Assembly (NCBI RefSeq): GCF_988242995.1 | Contig: NZ_OZ547043.1 | Direction: 5' to 3' (one strand) | Length of the DNA: 64,000 nucleotides | Part shown: positions 24,906-33,282 of the stretch, one piece after another | Numbering within the stretch: the stretch's first letter is position 1 | How the letters are laid out: each line of letters starts with the position of its first letter | The notes under the pieces: generated by a model | Databases searched by the model: none | The model's input: only the letters and a program-made list of their open reading frames with translations | Told to the model about the DNA's origin: nothing | Translations under genes and position numbers: made by a program

Positions 24906-25271
24906 ATGATGTCCACCACGTTATTTAAAGATTTCACCTTCGAAGCCGCTCACCGCTTACCACACGTCCCGGAAGGGCATAAATGTGGTCGCCTGCACGG
25001 ACATTCCTTTATGGTGCGACTGGAAATTACCGGGGAAGTCGATCCGCATACGGGCTGGATTATCGATTTCGCTGAACTGAAAGCGGCATTTAAACCAACC
25101 TATGATCGCCTCGATCACTATTATCTCAATGATATTCCTGGCCTGGAAAACCCGACCAGCGAGGTTTTAGCAAAATGGATTTGGGATCAGGTTAAACCGG
25201 TTGTTCCGCTGTTAAGTGCGGTTATGGTGAAAGAAACCTGCACCGCAGGTTGCATCTATCGCGGCGAATGA
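24906..25271 (+). CDS. queD: 6-carboxy-5,6,7,8-tetrahydropterin synthase
   Basis: ORF track 24822..25271; start set at [35 protein letters not shown] (121 aa); codon-by-codon check confirms stop at 25269-25271. Confidence 0.92.
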   Translation: MMSTTLFKDFTFEAAHRLPHVPEGHKCGRLHGHSFMVRLEITGEVDPHTGWIIDFAELKAAFKPTYDRLDHYYLNDIPGLENPTSEVLAKWIWDQVKPVVPLLSAVMVKETCTAGCIYRGE

Positions 25272-25348
25272 TAAGAGTGTGTCGGCGGTCAATTTCCCTT
25301 AAGTAACGCCATGTTAGGGTGTTGTGTTCTGGATATCTGGGGCATGAC

Positions 25349-26620
25349 ATGGAAGACGACTGCGACATTATTATTATTGGTGCGGGTATAGCAGGCACCG
25401 CTTGTGCTTTACGCTGCGCGCGGGCAGGTTTGTCCGTTCTGTTACTGGAACGCGCTGAAATCCCCGGCAGCAAAAATCTTTCCGGCGGGCGTTTATACAC
25501 CCATGCGCTCGCGGAACTCCTCCCGCAATTTCATCTGACCGCGCCTCTTGAACGACGCATCACTCACGAAAGCCTTTCTCTGCTAACGCCGGATGGCGCA
25601 ACGACGTTTTCCAGCTTACAGCCCGGCGGTGAATCCTGGAGTGTATTACGTGCACGGTTCGATCCGTGGCTGGTTGCCGAAGCCGAAAAAGAAGGTGTCG
25701 AATGCATCCCTGGTGCGACGGTGGATGCGCTGTATGAAGAAAACGGCAGGGTGTGTGGTGTCATTTGTGGTGACGATATTCTCCGCGCCCGTTATGTGGT
25801 GCTGGCAGAAGGTGCCAACAGCGTCCTGGCTGAACGTCACGGGTTAGTGACTCGTCCTGCTGGCGAAGCGATGGCGTTGGGGATCAAAGAAGTGCTGTCG
25901 CTGGAAACATCCGCTATTGAAGAACGTTTTCATCTGGAGAATAACGAAGGCGCAGCGTTGCTGTTCAGCGGCGGGATCTGTGATGACTTACCCGGCGGCG
26001 CATTTCTTTATACTAATCAACAAACGCTCTCGTTAGGGATTGTTTGCCCGCTCTCTTCCCTTACGCAAAGTCGTGTTCCGGCAAGCGAGCTGCTGGCTCG
26101 CTTTAAAACGCATCCGGCAGTGCGCCCGCTTATCAAAAACACGGAATCACTGGAGTATGGTGCGCATCTGGTGCCAGAAGGTGGCTTGCACAGTATGCCG
26201 GTGCAATACGCCGGTAACGGCTGGCTGCTGCTGGGCGATGCGTTGCGCAGTTGCGTCAATACCGGAATTTCCGTGCGCGGCATGGATATGGCGCTAACTG
26301 GCGCGCAGGCGGCGGCACAAACGCTGATAAGCGCCTGCCAGCACCGCGAGCCGCAAAATCTGTTTCCGCTTTATCATCACAACGTCGAGCGCAGCCTGCT
26401 ATGGGATGTTCTACAACGTTATCAGCATGTTCCGGCGCTTTTGCAACGCCCTGGATGGTACCGTGCGTGGCCTGCGTTAATGCAGGATATTTCCCGCGAT
26501 TTATGGGATCAGGGTGATAAACCTGTTCCACCGCTGCGCCAGTTATTCTGGCGTCATTTACGTCGTCACGGCCTGTGGCATCTGGCGGGCGATGTTATCA
26601 GGAGTCTGCGATGTCTGTAG
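25349..26620 (+). CDS. ygcN: FAD-dependent ETF-quinone oxidoreductase-like protein (FixC family)
   Basis: ORF track 25319..26620; internal start MEDDCDIIIIGAGIAGTACAL gives a Rossmann GxGxxG N-terminus (423 aa). The upstream alternative start is possible. Confidence 0.85.
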   Translation: MEDDCDIIIIGAGIAGTACALRCARAGLSVLLLERAEIPGSKNLSGGRLYTHALAELLPQFHLTAPLERRITHESLSLLTPDGATTFSSLQPGGESWSVLRARFDPWLVAEAEKEGVECIPGATVDALYEENGRVCGVICGDDILRARYVVLAEGANSVLAERHGLVTRPAGEAMALGIKEVLSLETSAIEERFHLENNEGAALLFSGGICDDLPGGAFLYTNQQTLSLGIVCPLSSLTQSRVPASELLARFKTHPAVRPLIKNTESLEYGAHLVPEGGLHSMPVQYAGNGWLLLGDALRSCVNTGISVRGMDMALTGAQAAAQTLISACQHREPQNLFPLYHHNVERSLLWDVLQRYQHVPALLQRPGWYRAWPALMQDISRDLWDQGDKPVPPLRQLFWRHLRRHGLWHLAGDVIRSLRCL

Positions 26621-26871
26621 CCCGTAATCTCTGGCGCGTTGCCGATGCGCCGCACATTGTTCCGGCTGACTCCGTTGAGCGCCAGACGGTACAACGGTTG
26701 ATTAACGCTTGTCCGGCTGGTCTTTTTTCGCTCACACCGGAAGGTGACTTACGCGTTGATTATCGCGGCTGCCTGGAGTGTGGCACCTGCCGTTTGCTGT
26801 GCGACGAATCAACACTACAACAGTGGCGCTATCCGCCTTCCGGATTCGGCATCACCTACCGTTTTGGATAA
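26611..26871 (+). CDS. ygcO: Ferredoxin-like protein (FixX family)
   Basis: ORF track 26575..26871; start set at MSVARNLW (86 aa); overlaps ygcN end. Confidence 0.85.
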   Translation: MSVARNLWRVADAPHIVPADSVERQTVQRLINACPAGLFSLTPEGDLRVDYRGCLECGTCRLLCDESTLQQWRYPPSGFGITYRFG

Positions 26872-26887
26872 ATAATAAGGATAATTT

Positions 26888-27463
26888 ATGCCCCTCTTAC
26901 ACCTGCTCCGCCAGAATCCGGTGATTGCTGCCGTTAAAGATAATGCCAGCCTGCAACTGGCAATCGACTCTGAATGCCAGTTTATTTCCGTGTTGTACGG
27001 CAATATCTGCACCATTAGTCAAATCGTTAAAAAGATTAAAAATGCCGGAAAATATGCTTTTATTCATGTTGATTTGCTGGAAGGCGCGTCAAATAAAGAA
27101 GTGGTGATTCAGTTTTTGAAACTGGTGACTGAGGCGGACGGCATTATCAGTACCAAAGCCTCAATGTTGAAAGCGGCAAGAGCGGAAGGTTTTTTCTGTA
27201 TTCATCGCCTGTTTATTGTTGATTCAATTTCGTTTCACAACATTGATAAGCAAGTTGCGCAATCGAATCCGGATTGTATTGAGATCCTGCCAGGCTGTAT
27301 GCCTAAAGTGCTGGGCTGGGTGACGGAGAAAATCCGCCAACCGCTGATTGCCGGCGGGCTGGTGTGCGATGAAGAAGATGCGCGTAATGCGATTAACGCA
27401 GGTGTCGTGGCGCTTTCCACCACAAATACCGGGGTCTGGACGCTAGCGAAAAAATTGCTTTGA
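26888..27463 (+). CDS. ygcP: GlpP-family putative transcription antiterminator
   Basis: ORF track 191 aa, recognised as the GlpP-like (glycerol-3-phosphate responsive antiterminator family) protein YgcP. Confidence 0.85.
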   Translation: MPLLHLLRQNPVIAAVKDNASLQLAIDSECQFISVLYGNICTISQIVKKIKNAGKYAFIHVDLLEGASNKEVVIQFLKLVTEADGIISTKASMLKAARAEGFFCIHRLFIVDSISFHNIDKQVAQSNPDCIEILPGCMPKVLGWVTEKIRQPLIAGGLVCDEEDARNAINAGVVALSTTNTGVWTLAKKLL

Positions 27464-27499
27464 CGGGATAATCGTAACGAATTGAATTTGTGTGATTTG

Positions 27500-27609
27500 T
27501 AGGCTGCACGCCACATCCGACATTCAGCGCCTGATGCGACGCTTGACGCGTCTTATCAGGCTTACAAGTCCCCAAGCCAGAACCGTAGGCAGGATCATCC
27601 GGCAGCACG
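27500..27609. repeat. Cluster of REP-type palindromes (BIME-like) between ygcP and ygcQ
   Basis: Central unit GCCTGATGCGACGCTTGACGCGTCTTATCAGGCTTACA (about 27529-27566) flanked by two weaker REP-like units. Confidence 0.7.
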
Positions 27610-28470
27610 TTATTGGCAATCTGCGTGAATGGTTGTCACCAGTGCCTCCAGCACCGCTTTCCAGTCATCAACCACGCCAACATCTGCCTGTGAAAATACC
27701 GCTGCACTGGCGTCATGATTAATCGCCACCACAAACTTGCTATTGCGTACGCCCGCCATTAACGCTGCTGCGCCGGAAGCGCCAACGACAATACACACCT
27801 CAGGTGCCAGCAGATGTCCAGAAATACCAATCACTTTTTCGGCATCAACGCCACCATTCATCACTCGTGCCCGACTGTAGCCCACTTCGGCTCCCAGCTT
27901 TTCTGCCAGCATAGCGATTTCCTGGTTATCTGCCTCTCCGCCCTGCCCCACCACCAGCACCCGTCTGGCCTCAGCTAATGGGTCACGGGTAACATTTTTC
28001 AGATCCTCTGTGCTAACCAGCCAGTCGGGAAGCGCGCCGGGGACAATGTTCAGTTGCTGCATACCAGAGGGCAATGTGGCGTTTTTCACTGCTCCCGCCT
28101 GGCGGGCAAGGGAAAGGCATAGCGGGCGTTTTTCTGTTTGCAGCGTCGCCGTTAGCGCATTTCCCCAGTGGGATTTGCGCACGCTTACGGTTGAAATATC
28201 TAACGAAGTCACCTGGCAGATGCTTGCACCATGTAAACGCCAGGCCAGCCGGGTCGACAGTTCATCACCAAACGTTCCCGGCGGAAAGAGAACAACGTCC
28301 GCTGGCGTTCGCTGCCACTGTTCCACCAGCGCATCCAGCACCTGTTCCGCCACTACGGGCTGAGGTTCAATCTGCCAGTGTGCCAGGGTACAACCGCTGA
28401 AATCCTGTTCTGCCAGCCAGCTCGCTATTGCGGCATTCTCCTGATTTATTGTCACAATTGCGATATTCAT
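27610..28470 (-). CDS. ygcQ: Electron transfer flavoprotein alpha-subunit-like protein (FixB family)
   Basis: ORF track 27610..28503; start set at MNIAIVTINQ (286 aa) to give the usual 4 nt overlap with ygcR. Confidence 0.85.
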   Translation of the reverse strand: MNIAIVTINQENAAIASWLAEQDFSGCTLAHWQIEPQPVVAEQVLDALVEQWQRTPADVVLFPPGTFGDELSTRLAWRLHGASICQVTSLDISTVSVRKSHWGNALTATLQTEKRPLCLSLARQAGAVKNATLPSGMQQLNIVPGALPDWLVSTEDLKNVTRDPLAEARRVLVVGQGGEADNQEIAMLAEKLGAEVGYSRARVMNGGVDAEKVIGISGHLLAPEVCIVVGASGAAALMAGVRNSKFVVAINHDASAAVFSQADVGVVDDWKAVLEALVTTIHADCQ

Positions 28471-29246
28471 GGCTGCATCCTTTGGCGTAAATAGTCCTGC
28501 CATAGCTTTTGCGCTTTTTCTGCTACCGTTTGCCCATCAATCAGCGTCGCTCCGCGTTGTTGCTCTGCTCTTGCCAGTTGCAGACACTGCATCGCTGGCG
28601 ATTCGGCAGCAACAGTTTTACGGATAATTGCTGCTTTCCCCGCCGCCATTCGCTGACGCATTCCCGGTACTGGCAAGGCCACTTCACCGCACTGACGCAC
28701 GGCAATCACCGCAGGCAAGCGAACCCGGCAACAGCGCAGCCCGTTTTCAGTACGCTGTTCGAGGGTGATAAACAGCGCGTCGAGAGTGAAACGCTCCACC
28801 TGGGTGAAGCAGGGCCAGCCCAGCATTTCCGCCAGCAAAAATGGCGTTTGCCCATTCTGCCCTTCGCTGCTTTGGCAGCCGGTAATTATCAGATCCAGCG
28901 GATTCTGACGCTGCCATTCGGCAATATGGCGAGCGACAAATTCCGGCGCAAAGCGCAGATCTGCCGCCGTCTCCAGTAATACAGCTTCCTCAAACCCAAG
29001 AGCCATGAGATAGCGCAGCCAGTGCAACGCCCGTTCATCCCCCATGCTCAACGCGGTTAAAGACATCGACGTACCGTTTTTTCTCTGCGTCAACAGCAGC
29101 GCGGCGGCAGCCTGTTCATCAGCACCGAGTAAACTTCGCAGAAGCGAAACATCCGGTCCGCTATTACCCTGAGCCGCCGCCTGCCACTCTTTTTCCGCCA
29201 GCATTCCGGCATCCGGTTCGGCTTTAAACGCTAACAGAATGTTCAT
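28467..29246 (-). CDS. ygcR: Electron transfer flavoprotein beta-subunit-like protein (FixA family)
   Basis: ORF track 28467..29252 (261 aa); start at first or third Met. Confidence 0.85.
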   Translation of the reverse strand: MNILLAFKAEPDAGMLAEKEWQAAAQGNSGPDVSLLRSLLGADEQAAAALLLTQRKNGTSMSLTALSMGDERALHWLRYLMALGFEEAVLLETAADLRFAPEFVARHIAEWQRQNPLDLIITGCQSSEGQNGQTPFLLAEMLGWPCFTQVERFTLDALFITLEQRTENGLRCCRVRLPAVIAVRQCGEVALPVPGMRQRMAAGKAAIIRKTVAAESPAMQCLQLARAEQQRGATLIDGQTVAEKAQKLWQDYLRQRMQP

Positions 29247-30561
29247 TCGCACCTCCTACATTTCCCGCCGCCACCAGCGGGAGTGCTTTGGTTTCTGGTG
29301 CCCATAGCCAGGTCACGACAAAACCAACCAACAACACTGCCGCCAGGAGCAATAAGGTGACTTGCATTCCCCACTGCGCCAGCACCCACGGCAGCAGGCC
29401 AGTACTTACCGCCGCCCCCAACCGACTCATGGCGGTGGCAAAACCGACGCCCAGCGAGCGAATGTCAGTAGGAAAACTTTCCGCAGGCAAAATGCCCACC
29501 AGATTACTGACTGCCGAAATGGTGGTGCTGAAGAGAACAAAAAGCAGCAGCGTTAATGAACTGCCGGAAGGCAAACAGGCCATCACTACCAGCGTTGCCG
29601 CCAGCAGCAAAAAACTTCCCAGCAAAAATTTGCGATGTGCCAGCAGGTGCGTCAGAACTAATCCCAGCAGCGCGCCAACAATTAACAACGCATTAAGCAT
29701 CAGGCTGGCGGTCAGCGCATCTTCCAGACCAATAGTTTGGGCAATGGTAGGCAGCCAGGTATAAATCACAAACCATGGGATTACGAGGCAGACAAAGAAG
29801 ACGCTGTTAAACGCCGTGCGCCGCCAGTAGCGCGAAGAGAACAAGGTTTTGATGTGTTTATGGGTCGCCGTTGCCACTTCATCGCCCAGTAAAACATGGG
29901 GACCAAAATAGCGATGCACGATAGCGTGAGCTTCTGCAAAACGCCCCTGGCGCAGTAGCCAGCGTGGCGATTCTGGCGTTCCCCAGCGTAATAACGTAAT
30001 CAACAACGCGGGCAGAGCTGCCGATGCCAGCAGCCAGCGCCAGGCCTCCGGGCTTTCGCTAATAAAGTGATGTCCGGCAATACTTGCCAGCACATAGCCT
30101 ACGGTCCACACCACACTGAATGCGCCCAGCAAAATACCGCGATGGCGGCGCGGGGAAAATTCAGCCAGCAAGGTGTGACCGACTGAGTAATCGCCTCCCA
30201 GACCAATGCCGATCAAAATGCGTAGTCCAATAAGATGCTCTGGCGTGGTGGCAAAAAATTGCAAGAACGAAGCGAGCGTAATCAGCAAAAAGCTGAAGGT
30301 GAAGATTTTTTGCCGACCAATATAGTCGGAGATCCACCCCAAAACCAGGCTACCGATAAACAGGCCAAGTAGCGCCGAGCCGCCAATCATTCCCGCCATA
30401 AACGGCGTCAGTTGCATGGCGGGCGTAAGCTGAATAATGGCGTAACCAATGACGCCGAGAACATAACCGTCGGTCAGGTGCGCGCCGAAAGTGAGCGCAG
30501 CAATTCGACAGTGAAAACGGTTAAGCGGTAAATCATCCATTCGCACCGGTGAAGTGTTCAT
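29224..30561 (-). CDS. ygcS: MFS transporter (sugar-porter type)
   Basis: ORF track 29224..30633; start set at MNTSPVRMDDLPLNRFH (445 aa); multiple TM helices. Confidence 0.85.
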   Translation of the reverse strand: MNTSPVRMDDLPLNRFHCRIAALTFGAHLTDGYVLGVIGYAIIQLTPAMQLTPFMAGMIGGSALLGLFIGSLVLGWISDYIGRQKIFTFSFLLITLASFLQFFATTPEHLIGLRILIGIGLGGDYSVGHTLLAEFSPRRHRGILLGAFSVVWTVGYVLASIAGHHFISESPEAWRWLLASAALPALLITLLRWGTPESPRWLLRQGRFAEAHAIVHRYFGPHVLLGDEVATATHKHIKTLFSSRYWRRTAFNSVFFVCLVIPWFVIYTWLPTIAQTIGLEDALTASLMLNALLIVGALLGLVLTHLLAHRKFLLGSFLLLAATLVVMACLPSGSSLTLLLFVLFSTTISAVSNLVGILPAESFPTDIRSLGVGFATAMSRLGAAVSTGLLPWVLAQWGMQVTLLLLAAVLLVGFVVTWLWAPETKALPLVAAGNVGGANEHSVSV

Positions 30562-30591
30562 CTTTACCCCTTCATTGTCCGGTAATAAGAA

Positions 30592-30613
30592 CGGCTTCTC
30601 GCCTGAGAAGCCG
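30592..30613 (-). terminator. Intrinsic-terminator-like hairpin between ygcU stop and ygcS start
   Basis: Perfect 9 bp stem CGGCTTCTC / GAGAAGCCG with 4 nt loop; on the minus-strand RNA it is followed by UUCUUAUU. Confidence 0.5.
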
Positions 30614-30654
30614 AAAAGGCAACGCTCCGTCATCGCGGAACGCTGCCTGACACA

Positions 30655-32109
30655 TTATTTTTCAATCGGATAGATAGTACCCGTATTCATAATGCCGTTA
30701 GGATCGAACTGCTTTTTCAGCCCTTCCAGCAACGCCCACGCGCTGCCGTGTTCCAGCTTGCTCCAGTGAACGCGATGTTTACCAATGCCGTGGTGGTGCA
30801 CCATCGAACCACCGAGGCGAATGGTTTCTTCGCAGATGATTTTGTTGAGCGGATTGTGGTACTTGTCGATTTCCTCTTCCGGCTTACAGTCAACGACGTT
30901 GTAGTCGTAGACGAAGTACATGTTGGTGCCGTTCTGGTAGCTATGAGAGGAGTGACCGCCCAGCATGGTGATGTCGTCGGCGTGCGGGAACTCGGTACGA
31001 ATACGGTTAATAACGCTTTCGTAGATTTCGTGGATGCAGCTCCAGCAGCCGGACACTTCGGTGGTAAAGCCCATGTTGCCGGTTTTGAGGATCTGCACAC
31101 GTTCAGCGGCCACTTTATCCGGCCCCCAGTTCAGGTGATTAAACCAGGTTTCGATCAGCTTGCTGTCCACTCGCTGGCATTGCGGGTAACGTGCCACGAT
31201 TTCCGCAATCCCTTCGCCTGTCGCCTTCGCAATGCGAGGGTTGCCTTCAGCCATAAAGATCAGCACACATTTACCATCGGCAAAATGGGTGAAGTGTTGG
31301 GTGCCATCTTCAGCGTCATACAAACGAGCGATCGACGGACGATACCCTTCCACCATGATTTCACGCAGGATGTTGAAGCCGGTTTTCATGTCTTCCAGGA
31401 TATAGCCGTAGAAGAGGTTGTTTTCCGGGGTGAACTTAAAGATTTTCACAGTTACTTCAGTGATATAGCACAATGCACCTTCGTTGCCGATGATGATGTG
31501 ACGAATGTCCGGGCCTGCCGCGCGGCGTGGTACGTTTTTAATGCGTGTTACGGTGCCATCAGCCAATACTGCTTCCAGACCAACGACCATATCTTCGATT
31601 GCGCCGTAGAGTGTGGAGAACTGCCCGATACTGCGGGTTGCTACCAGGCCGCCCATCTGCGCCAGCGGCTTTGACTGCGGAGAATGCCCCGTGGTGTAAC
31701 CTTTTTCACGCAACGCGTTTTCCAGCACTTCCAGCAGAACTCCGCATTGCGCCGTGGCCTGCATATTCTCAATATCAATATTAATGATTTGATTCATGGC
31801 AGAGCCGTCGAGCACCACCGAGTTTTCCACAACGGTTTCCAGCCCACCTTCGGTAGCGGAAGCACCGGTACGCGGCACACCGTTAATTTTGTGCGCATTC
31901 ATAAAATTCAGCACACGGGATACTTGTTCTGTGGAACCGAGTTTTACGACCGCTGCCGGAATCGGCAAAGTATAAATGCCATGAATATCCGGAAATTTGC
32001 GAAAACGGTCAATACTGTTCTTCTTTAATACTGTTTCATCGGTAATTACGCGATCTGCACCAACAATTTCCTTTAGCTGGTCGACAATCGCTGCGCGAGA
32101 TAAAGACAT
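30655..32109 (-). CDS. ygcU: FAD-linked oxidoreductase (alkyl-DHAP-synthase / D-lactate dehydrogenase-like)
   Basis: ORF track 484 aa with FAD-binding PCMH-type N-terminal half. Confidence 0.88.
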   Translation of the reverse strand: MSLSRAAIVDQLKEIVGADRVITDETVLKKNSIDRFRKFPDIHGIYTLPIPAAVVKLGSTEQVSRVLNFMNAHKINGVPRTGASATEGGLETVVENSVVLDGSAMNQIINIDIENMQATAQCGVLLEVLENALREKGYTTGHSPQSKPLAQMGGLVATRSIGQFSTLYGAIEDMVVGLEAVLADGTVTRIKNVPRRAAGPDIRHIIIGNEGALCYITEVTVKIFKFTPENNLFYGYILEDMKTGFNILREIMVEGYRPSIARLYDAEDGTQHFTHFADGKCVLIFMAEGNPRIAKATGEGIAEIVARYPQCQRVDSKLIETWFNHLNWGPDKVAAERVQILKTGNMGFTTEVSGCWSCIHEIYESVINRIRTEFPHADDITMLGGHSSHSYQNGTNMYFVYDYNVVDCKPEEEIDKYHNPLNKIICEETIRLGGSMVHHHGIGKHRVHWSKLEHGSAWALLEGLKKQFDPNGIMNTGTIYPIEK

Positions 32110-32178
32110 AGTAATTCCTTCCTGATAATAAAAATGGAATAATCATTAATAAGAGAAAACAGAAACCACCGTTATGGA

Positions 32179-32964
32179 TTAGCGCACTAAATAACCGCCA
32201 TCAACCACTAATAAATGTCCGTTGACATAATTCGATGCCGGACTTGCGAGGAATACGGCTGCGCCCATTAAATCCTGAGTATCGCCCCAACGGTTTGCCG
32301 GAATATGATCAAGAACGCGCTGGTTAGTTTCTGGATTACTACGGGTCGCCAGAGTGATATCGGTAGCGTAATATCCCGGAGCAATACCATTTACCTGAAT
32401 ATTATATTGACCTAGTTCATCACAATAAGCTTTGGTGAACCCGGCAAGAGCATGTTTAGTGGCAGAATATGCAGGTGACCATTGTCCACCTAAGTAAGAG
32501 AATAATGAACAGATATTAATGATTTTACCGCTTTTCTGCGGGATCATAATTTTTGCAGCTTCATAGCTTAACTCGAATGCGGCGGTCAGGTTCACATCAA
32601 TCATCGGGTCCCAGTCGGCACGACCGAAGTCCAGCACCTTATTCAGCTTACAAATACCGGCATTGTTAATCAGAATATCGACGGTACCGAAACGTTCGCA
32701 ACAGGCGGCGATTATCTTCTGCGGCGCGCCTTCTGCGGTGATATCCACCTGCATGAAGTCCACCTCAACACCCTGTTTTTCAATCATTTCCTTTGTTTCG
32801 CCGTTATCTTTAACGAAGCTTGGAATAAAGATATTTGCGCCTGCTTTGGCCAGCGCCATGGCAAATGCCTGGCCTAAACCGCTATTCCCGCCGGTAACAA
32901 TTGCGGTTTTACCTTTCAGGGAGAAAAAATCCATTGAGAACGCATTGAGAGATTCGATTGACAT
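32179..32964 (-). CDS. ygcW: Short-chain dehydrogenase/reductase
   Basis: ORF track 32179..33039; start set at MSIESLNAFSMDFFSLKGKTAIVTGGNSGLG (261 aa). The longer ORF would translate straight through an obvious terminator hairpin and A9 tract. Confidence 0.88.
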   Translation of the reverse strand: MSIESLNAFSMDFFSLKGKTAIVTGGNSGLGQAFAMALAKAGANIFIPSFVKDNGETKEMIEKQGVEVDFMQVDITAEGAPQKIIAACCERFGTVDILINNAGICKLNKVLDFGRADWDPMIDVNLTAAFELSYEAAKIMIPQKSGKIINICSLFSYLGGQWSPAYSATKHALAGFTKAYCDELGQYNIQVNGIAPGYYATDITLATRSNPETNQRVLDHIPANRWGDTQDLMGAAVFLASPASNYVNGHLLVVDGGYLVR

Positions 32965-32988
32965 AGTTAGCTCCAATTTCCGTAAGGC

Positions 32989-33036
32989 AAAAAAAAAGAA
33001 AGGTAACTTCCCCCGCGAGAGGGAAGTTACCTTTCT
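32989..33036 (-). terminator. Strong intrinsic-terminator-like hairpin plus U8 in the ygcW 5' leader
   Basis: Perfect 16 bp stem (32997-33012 pairs with 33021-33036), 8 nt loop CCGCGAGA, then on the minus-strand RNA eight U (plus A-run 32989-32996); ends 24 nt upstream of ygcW ATG. Confidence 0.7.
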
Positions 33037-33088
33037 CATTATCTCTGGTAACTGGAGATAATTTTTATCATAAGGGCATAATCGCTAA

Positions 33089-33104
33089 TGTGATCGTAAT
33101 CACA
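33089..33104. promoter_or_regulatory. Candidate CRP binding site in ygcW/yqcE divergent region
   Basis: TGTGATCGTAATCACA, a perfect TGTGA-N6-TCACA palindrome. Confidence 0.6.
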
Positions 33105-33210
33105 GTGTGATATTCGAATTGTCAAATAATTTTAAAAAGCAGAAGCGTGATTACTCTCACACAACACCACTACTTTCCATGTTATTTCTTATTGCAATTA
33201 CTAGAGACCT

Positions 33211-33258
33211 GAGAAAAGTAATCCACCTGAAAGGGCGGCTTACTTTTCTCTTTTTTTT
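33211..33258 (+). terminator. Intrinsic-terminator-like hairpin plus T8 in the yqcE 5' leader
   Basis: Perfect 11 bp stem GAGAAAAGTAA / TTACTTTTCTC with 18 nt loop, followed by TTTTTTTT (33251-33258); ends 24 nt upstream of yqcE ATG (33283). Confidence 0.65.
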
Positions 33259-33282
33259 GTCTATTACAAATGGGAATACGAT

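Noticed and set aside
30748-31674. 308 aa plus-strand ORF
   Set aside because: Antisense to ygcU.
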